Shown: piece by piece, positions 57,692-64,000 of the stretch
Layout of the letters: each line of letters opens with the position of its first letter
How positions within the stretch are numbered: position 1 is the stretch's first letter
From: Massalongia carnosa
Taxonomy: Eukaryota
Direction: 5' to 3'
Assembly (NCBI GenBank): GCA_965645245.1
Contig: OZ287073.1
Span: forward strand, 1,302,001-1,366,000
Length of the DNA stretch: 64,000 bases
Position numbers and translations under genes: made by a program
Notes under the pieces: model-generated
Told to the model about the DNA's origin: nothing
The model's database searches: none
Seen by the model: only the letters and a program-made list of their open reading frames with translations

Positions 57692-58056
57692 GTTGAGACA
57701 AGTTTTCTAATGATTGATCGAAGCCATTAAGAGAATTATTTCTGTGAGCACGAGCACTTTTAAGGAAATGTCAATTAGTTTAGTCTGATGGTTGAACTTC
57801 GGCGAAACCATATTACTAGCGTGATGGATACTGCTTAAGAAAAGTTCAAACAACGATTACTCATATCTTGCAGGTATGGCGACATCAGGATTGCGCCGAG
57901 CACTGCCAAGCAATGGCTTAGCTAAGTGCGGACACAAATTTCGTTTCCGTAAAAAGATCAATTGGACGATTGTTTCAGAGCTTTCCGCATCGTAAGCTGT
58001 ATATTATCATATCCTCATTCATCATCTCACATCGCTCTATCAAGCCAATCACAAAG

Positions 58057-59448
58057 ATGGTCGGTCAGACCAATGGAACCCACTATGCTACTAAGCAAGG
58101 GACGTTCCTCTTTACGTCGGAATCGGTGGGCGAGGGCCATCCCGACAAAATCGCGTAAGGAATCCAGTTAATAGACTGCTGTGCGGCAAAGGTTGACCTG
58201 TTTGGTAATGTAGAGATCAAGTCTCCGATGCGGTCCTAGACGCATGCCTACGAGAAGATCCTCTGTCCAAGGTGGGTAGCCTCATCTCTTCCGAGCTTCG
58301 TATAACTAAGAAACGGCACAGGTTGCGTGTGAAACGGCAACGAAGACTGGTTGGTTACTCATAGCACTCGGCTCATTAATACTGACTTGTCTTGTAAAGG
58401 GATGATAATGGTTTTTGGCGAAATTTCTACAAAGGCTCACCTTGATTACCAAAAGATCATTCGTGACACCATCAAAGATATTGGTTACGACAGCTCGGAG
58501 AAAGGGTTCGACTACAAGACTTGCAATGTTCTCGTAGCGATAGAACAGCAATCACCTGACATTGCTCAAGGTCTACAGCTTGACCAGGAGTTAGAGAAGC
58601 TTGGCGCGGGGGATCAGGGGATCATGTTTGGTTATGCAACAGACGAGACCCCAGAGTATCTGCCTTTGACCATCCAGCTAGCACATCGACTTAACAGCGC
58701 GATGAAGGAAGCACGAAATGACGGTAGCTTACCGTGGCTGAGGCCTGATACCAAAACCCAGGTCACCATCGAATATGAACACGACGGTGGTGCTGTCATC
58801 CCTAAGAGAGTTGACACTGTAGTGGTCAGCGCGCAGCATAGCGAGAAAATCACAACGGAGAAGTTACGGAAAGAAATCAAAGAAAAAATTGTGCAGAAAG
58901 TCATTCCTGCTCACTTGCTTGATGACCAGACAGTATATCATGTAAGTATAATTTCTGTTGATCTTTTGGATGGCGCTCACAAAATCCAGATACAACCCTC
59001 AGGATTGTTCATTATCGGCGGCCCTCAGGGGGACGCAGGTCTTACTGGGCGAAAGATTATTGTTGATACCTACGGTGGATGGGGAGCTCATGGTGGGGGA
59101 GCTTTTTCGGGAAAAGACTACTCCAAAGTTGATCGATCGGCTGCGTACCTAGCACGTTGGATCGCCAAATCTCTCGTGCACGCCAAGTTAGCACGACGTG
59201 CTCTGGTCCAGCTGTCGTATGCTATTGGAGTTTCGGAGCCTCTTTCGATGTTTGTCGAGACCTATGGGACTTCACAGCGGACCTCGGAAGAATTAGTCGA
59301 CATCATCAAGAAGAACTTCGATATGCGACCAGGAGTCATCGTCAAGGAACTCAACTTGACTAACCCGATTTATTGCCAAACCGCAAAGAACGGCCACTTC
59401 ACGGACCAAAATTTCGAGTGGGAAAAGCCAAAGACATTGGAGATCTAG
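58057..59448 (+). CDS. SAM1: S-adenosylmethionine synthetase; exons 58057-58154, 58214-58271, 58322-58349, 58400-58941, 58990-59448
   Basis: Motifs [71 protein letters not shown]. Confidence 0.98.
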
Positions 59449-60543
59449 GCTGTTTCAAGGCGTAAAAGTACAACTCACGTTTTTACTCTTTTCCATGATC
59501 ATTGCGGAGATACCATAAGTCACCTTGTTTTCAACAACTCAAGGCGTTCGTTAAAGACTCTAAGAGTTGTTTTTCTCTTTCTTTCTCTCTCTATTTTTGG
59601 TATTCAACATAGATTCATAGACCGGCCGGAAGGGGGGGAGGATTTGCATCAGTTCGGTGGCGTATTAGACATCTTCAACCATACCTGCCTGCTTCCGAAA
59701 GACATCTTCAACGATATCTGGCTGGAACAGGGCGACTGATTTAGCTGCTGCTCCCGTCCTTCGGGGCTTCGTCATCCCAAACTTCCGGGCGAATTAGCTT
59801 GTCAAATACCATCAATAAATAGCACTCAACTTGATCACCATGACCTCCTGTGCATTGGATCTGTGCTGATATTGAAGCACTATTAACAGCTGCTGACGTG
59901 GAGCATGTAGGTACGAGTCCGCAACGAATGTAAGGTTGAGTAATCAATCTGCCTTGGGGGCAGGGAGCAAAACGCATGGGAAAGCATGCATTAATTGACC
60001 GGTATTTCGCGGGACGAGCCTTTCCTGCTTGCAACACGCTAAGGACTGGAGAAGAGCATCTTCGCCACATTATGATCGCTACGTCAAGATGGTGTGGTGC
60101 TTTCACTCTTCAGTGGCTGCTCGAGCATTTCGCTAGGTATGAAATTTCTGCGACTCATCCGGATTACGCTCACACCGGGAATTTGCGGCTCTGCGTATGA
60201 AGCGAGGCAGCAACTCGAGCGGAAAGGGGGGGAGATGAACGAAGAACGATCTTACTAAGTTCAAGGATCATCATGTGTTTTGTCATACCTGCTTCTGGTC
60301 GGTGGCAGTGGTGCCCTGTACATTACGAGTCAAACGGGCATGCGAGACAACATTGGTTCGGTTTGTCCAAATTATAGTTCGTCTTCAAGGAATAGAGCAT
60401 CAAGTAGCTAGAGTATCGTGAATTCGTTTAAAATTGGTTTGCTCACTTAGGCCGTGGTTGGACGTCAACGACACAGGAATAGTGTGGCTGGAACACATGC
60501 AGAATACTTTGTACAAAAGTGACTGGCTCACTGGGTATTAGGT

Positions 60544-60592
60544 CCTGTACCTGTACCTGTACCTGTACTCTATACCTGTACCTTTACCTTGT
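60544..60592. repeat. (CCTGTA)n hexamer repeat, degenerate at the 3' end
   Basis: Read directly. Confidence 0.85.
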
Positions 60593-63500
60593 AGATTAAC
60601 GGGTCTTGCGTAAACGGTAGGTTAAGGCATGAACTGCTAAGACCAACGCAAGGCTCAGGTTCCCTTCGGACAAGAAAAGCTCGAAAGGCAAACTTCGTTA
60701 CCCAGAGTAGATACAGAGTTAAAGTAGAGAGACCTAGAGCTTTCCTACAATCTGATAGGTATCGCTTCCGCCTACTTAACTACCTGGCCGGCCGGGACCA
60801 TCGGACCAGATCACACCTCTGACTCAGTCTTCTTCCCAATCTCCTGGAATCCATGCCGCAAAGGCTCGGACTGCCTCAGCATGCTTGTTTCATCTTGCAT
60901 AGCCAGATCTGTGCTCCATAATGCTTGCTCGATCCACTAATGAATTGGTCAGCCGTCTCTTTCTCACAATCCAACCATACAGGGTGCTTTGTACTTTGTT
61001 CAAGATTATCTACCTCTCTTAATCCATCGCTCTTTTATCAAAAGGTTGGGCGGCATAACCGAAACACCCGAAAAATGGCACTCACTATCCTCAAGACAAG
61101 ACCTCCGTCAGCGCCTACGCCTCTTATGCAGGGTGTGCCCGATGTGGTTTCGCCTGACTACGGTGTATTACTACTGGGTAAAATCGGCGAAGTCAGACAG
61201 CGCCTTTCCGCCTCGGCCGTGCAGAATGCAGATGCTTTTTAACAGCAAATAAACTTGGCTCGCAAACAATATGGACCCTGTCAACATCATTGTGCATTTC
61301 GGTCCGCATTAGCTGGATTGAGACCCATTGCCTTGGTTCGCTCCTGCGTGTGTGGGCGCATTAGAAGCGAGGATGGAGCATTGATTAGAGCATGCATGTC
61401 AGCTGATAGTGGCATCAGTGAGTTCCTTATCGGCCTGCACCTGGATGGAAACCAAATGTTCATACGTAGATGGTTGCCTTAATGGCAATCAGCTGGAAGT
61501 TGCTCTGGTTTCCTAGTGGATCGACGTACCCGTTTACCCACGGCCTTGCTGCGGCCACCGCGCAACCCCCGTGTTGAAAGTTAGGAAGCCAAAAGATCCG
61601 GACGTCAATGGGATGCCCTTGACGGTGTCGCCAACTGAACGCCGTGTGGCGCACGCAGCGAATGGTAGGTTGCGGAGCCGAACGCCATTGTCGTGAGTCT
61701 AGAGTGATGATTTACTGAAAACCTGGCTGGATTATTAGGTTTGCATGCCGCTCATCGCATCGCGTCATGCTACCCGTGGCCGCCCCGTAAGCGTGAAAAG
61801 TCTGAGCAGATCCGAGCAGCCAACAGGGGACACATGATCCCTTCGCCGAACCAATCGAATGTGGAATTTTCTTTAACGAGGATCGTTCAACCCAATCAGC
61901 TGATAGGTTGAGCGAGACCAATGTCTTAAATGGCTGTGATGGCTTCAGATGGCTTCTGATGGCTTGAGCATTCACTGCATTCGCAGAATTTCGCCTTCAG
62001 TCGGCGGCTACAGCGACTAATCGTATCGATGACTTGTCATTCAGAGAAATCTAGGCCTTTTGCACGCAAAGCATCGCCGGGAGAGGCTCTGGGGGGGCCG
62101 ATGCAGGTCTTCTCTCCACGAGTTTCCTGCCCGCAGGAGTGAATGGCAGACTCGCAGAAATTTTGCCCACACGCAGACTCCAAACGATCTAGGTAAGCGG
62201 GATCGTGCATCAGTTGGAACTTATCCTGGAGCAAGGTGGCTTTCCTTTCCAACTTCACCATTTGGACTGATTTTCCCATTCATCCATCCTTTCGTACCAT
62301 GTTTCCCTATTATTAAACCACTTGTTGTCATGAAATCCCAACCCGACGACCGATCCCCAGCTAAGCGGCGCGTCCTTCTCACTCCTTCCTATTTGGCCTG
62401 CAACATAGCAGGCGCCCCCAATAATGCCCTAATTAGTCACTGCTCGATTTATTTTCCCTGGACGATGCCATTTTCTGTTCCTGGGGTCTACGTCCCTTTT
62501 ATGCATTAATCGAGTCAGGAAGTCCGATGGAGGAGGTTCATGCCTGATCGGATGGCACTTTCCCTGGCATTTCGGTTGCTTCAAACCGTCTTTATTCTTG
62601 CTGTTAACAAGTCATGATGGTATCGAGTAAGGATAATGAATGATTCTCCACGTCACGATTGAAGCCTCCAGCCCTGAGCCTTGCGGAGCTCGTCATCCAG
62701 AACAGACAACAACACCGGCTTGATTCAGTCGATCAAGTCAGTCTATGTGTACTCCGTAGATTATTACATGATCAGTCCCACTCGGGCCGTTGGAGCATCG
62801 TTCGGTCTAATGAAGCCGGTCGTCATCTGGTCACGGTGACGATAGAACAGCTGAACCCCCTCCTTCGTACATAATCGATCTTTAACGTTACCTCTCCTTT
62901 CCCTACTCGTGCCTGCCTTCTTAGGGAAGGCATACCGATCCATCCACTCGCGTTCCCTTTCCCTTCCCTTTCCCTTCCCTGTCCCGAATCCGTTCAATAC
63001 CGTCTGTCGATTACAGAATACATGTTAACTGATTTGCATTTGATTTATTCTTACCTCGACTTGCATAGCACTTCACTTTGTATATGCCCATGCCTGTACC
63101 CCATACCACGCGTGGTATGTGAGTTATCAGGCAGTACAGAGTACACCATACACCGTACACACTACCTAACGCAGCCTGTTCCCAACTGGCCCTAAATCCC
63201 CTAGGCTGTCGTGGCGGACCTAATAGCTGAACTTCAAATCCCTTAGGAAGCTAAGCACCCAAAGGCTTCAAAGGCACCATCCACATACCTGCCACTTACC
63301 TTACACCCTTTGGTGCCCACCCCATGCGAACCACTGGGGCTCCCGATCAATAATATTCCACCTCCCATTAATCCACGTCTACACCTCTTCCGCGCGCGAC
63401 CTTGCATTCCAACCAAAACTGTCGCATGGACGCAAACTGGTTGTATAACCTATCCTCAAGCGTTCCCAAGTCGTAATCCAATCGCAAGGGCCACCTGTCA

Positions 63501-63810
63501 CTTTGCTGCTCTTATCCCCACCTCTGGATAACGTAGCGCGGGAAGGGCATAAGGGAAAAGGGCCAAAAAAACGAGGGTCTAAGCTTCCTGAACTTCAATT
63601 CGCGCCCGGCTTGCATGCGACATCGCGCGCCGCTGTCCGTCGCTCTCGCCATCTAGATTAAACGACGTGTTGCAGCATCCGTCGCAGTCATCCACCAACA
63701 ACCTGCTACGGGCGCTTTCGCGCTCCAGCACGGTCGGTGCGACGGCTCTGGCAACTACCCTATTATTATTGCCTGCTGCCTATTGCCTTGAACCCGAGCA
63801 ATTGGCCGTC

Positions 63811-63913
63811 ATGTACCAGGCACCCCATCCTGTCTCTACCTCAATGAATGGCATGGGAAGCGATATGATCGATGGCTCGGGTACAATCAATCCAGCAGCG
63901 CTGAGTGCATCGG
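63811..63913 (+). CDS. First exon of a gene running off the window, probably the RSC subunit Npl6/Rsc7
   Basis: MYQAPHP...MIDGSGTINPAALSAS followed by a GTATTA donor. DGSGTINPAAL resembles the N-terminus of filamentous-fungal Npl6 proteins (recall only). Confidence 0.5.
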
Positions 63914-64000
63914 GTATTATATTTCTCATCTACCCAAATCTCGCTTGGATATCTAACCCGATGTCTCTATTGGCGACGCATCCACGAGGCTCCTCGTGCG

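Overview
Eukaryotic nuclear DNA from a filamentous ascomycete (Pezizomycotina-type proteins; short GT-AG introns with CTRAY branch sites). The window is mostly a housekeeping neighbourhood with about 20 protein-coding genes: LARP1-like La protein, SPG5-like protein, SFT2, bHLH factor, NAR1, a 953-aa orphan, PI-PLC, RPB12, TRP4, mitochondrial uL10m, HST4, MED16, a type I membrane protein, CUS2/Tat-SF1, MeaA-type ammonium transporter, SSK2 MAPKKK, APQ12, GPN3, SAM synthetase and the first exon of a probable NPL6/RSC7 gene. It also holds one initiator tRNA-Met. I found no intact transposon, CRISPR array, biosynthetic cluster or clearly new multi-gene system. The most interesting unexplained signals are: (i) a decayed trypsin-fold protease pseudogene whose catalytic motifs are split over several frames (~53.96-55.0 kb); (ii) a ~1.1-kb ATG-free stretch plus a multi-intron non-coding leader before the bHLH gene; (iii) in-frame, stop-free introns in the SSK2 catalytic loop and in SAM synthetase; (iv) two recurrent non-coding motifs, TACRGAGTA and 3'-UTR GGCGTT. 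All splice sites were read by eye and product names come from motif recognition, not database searches.
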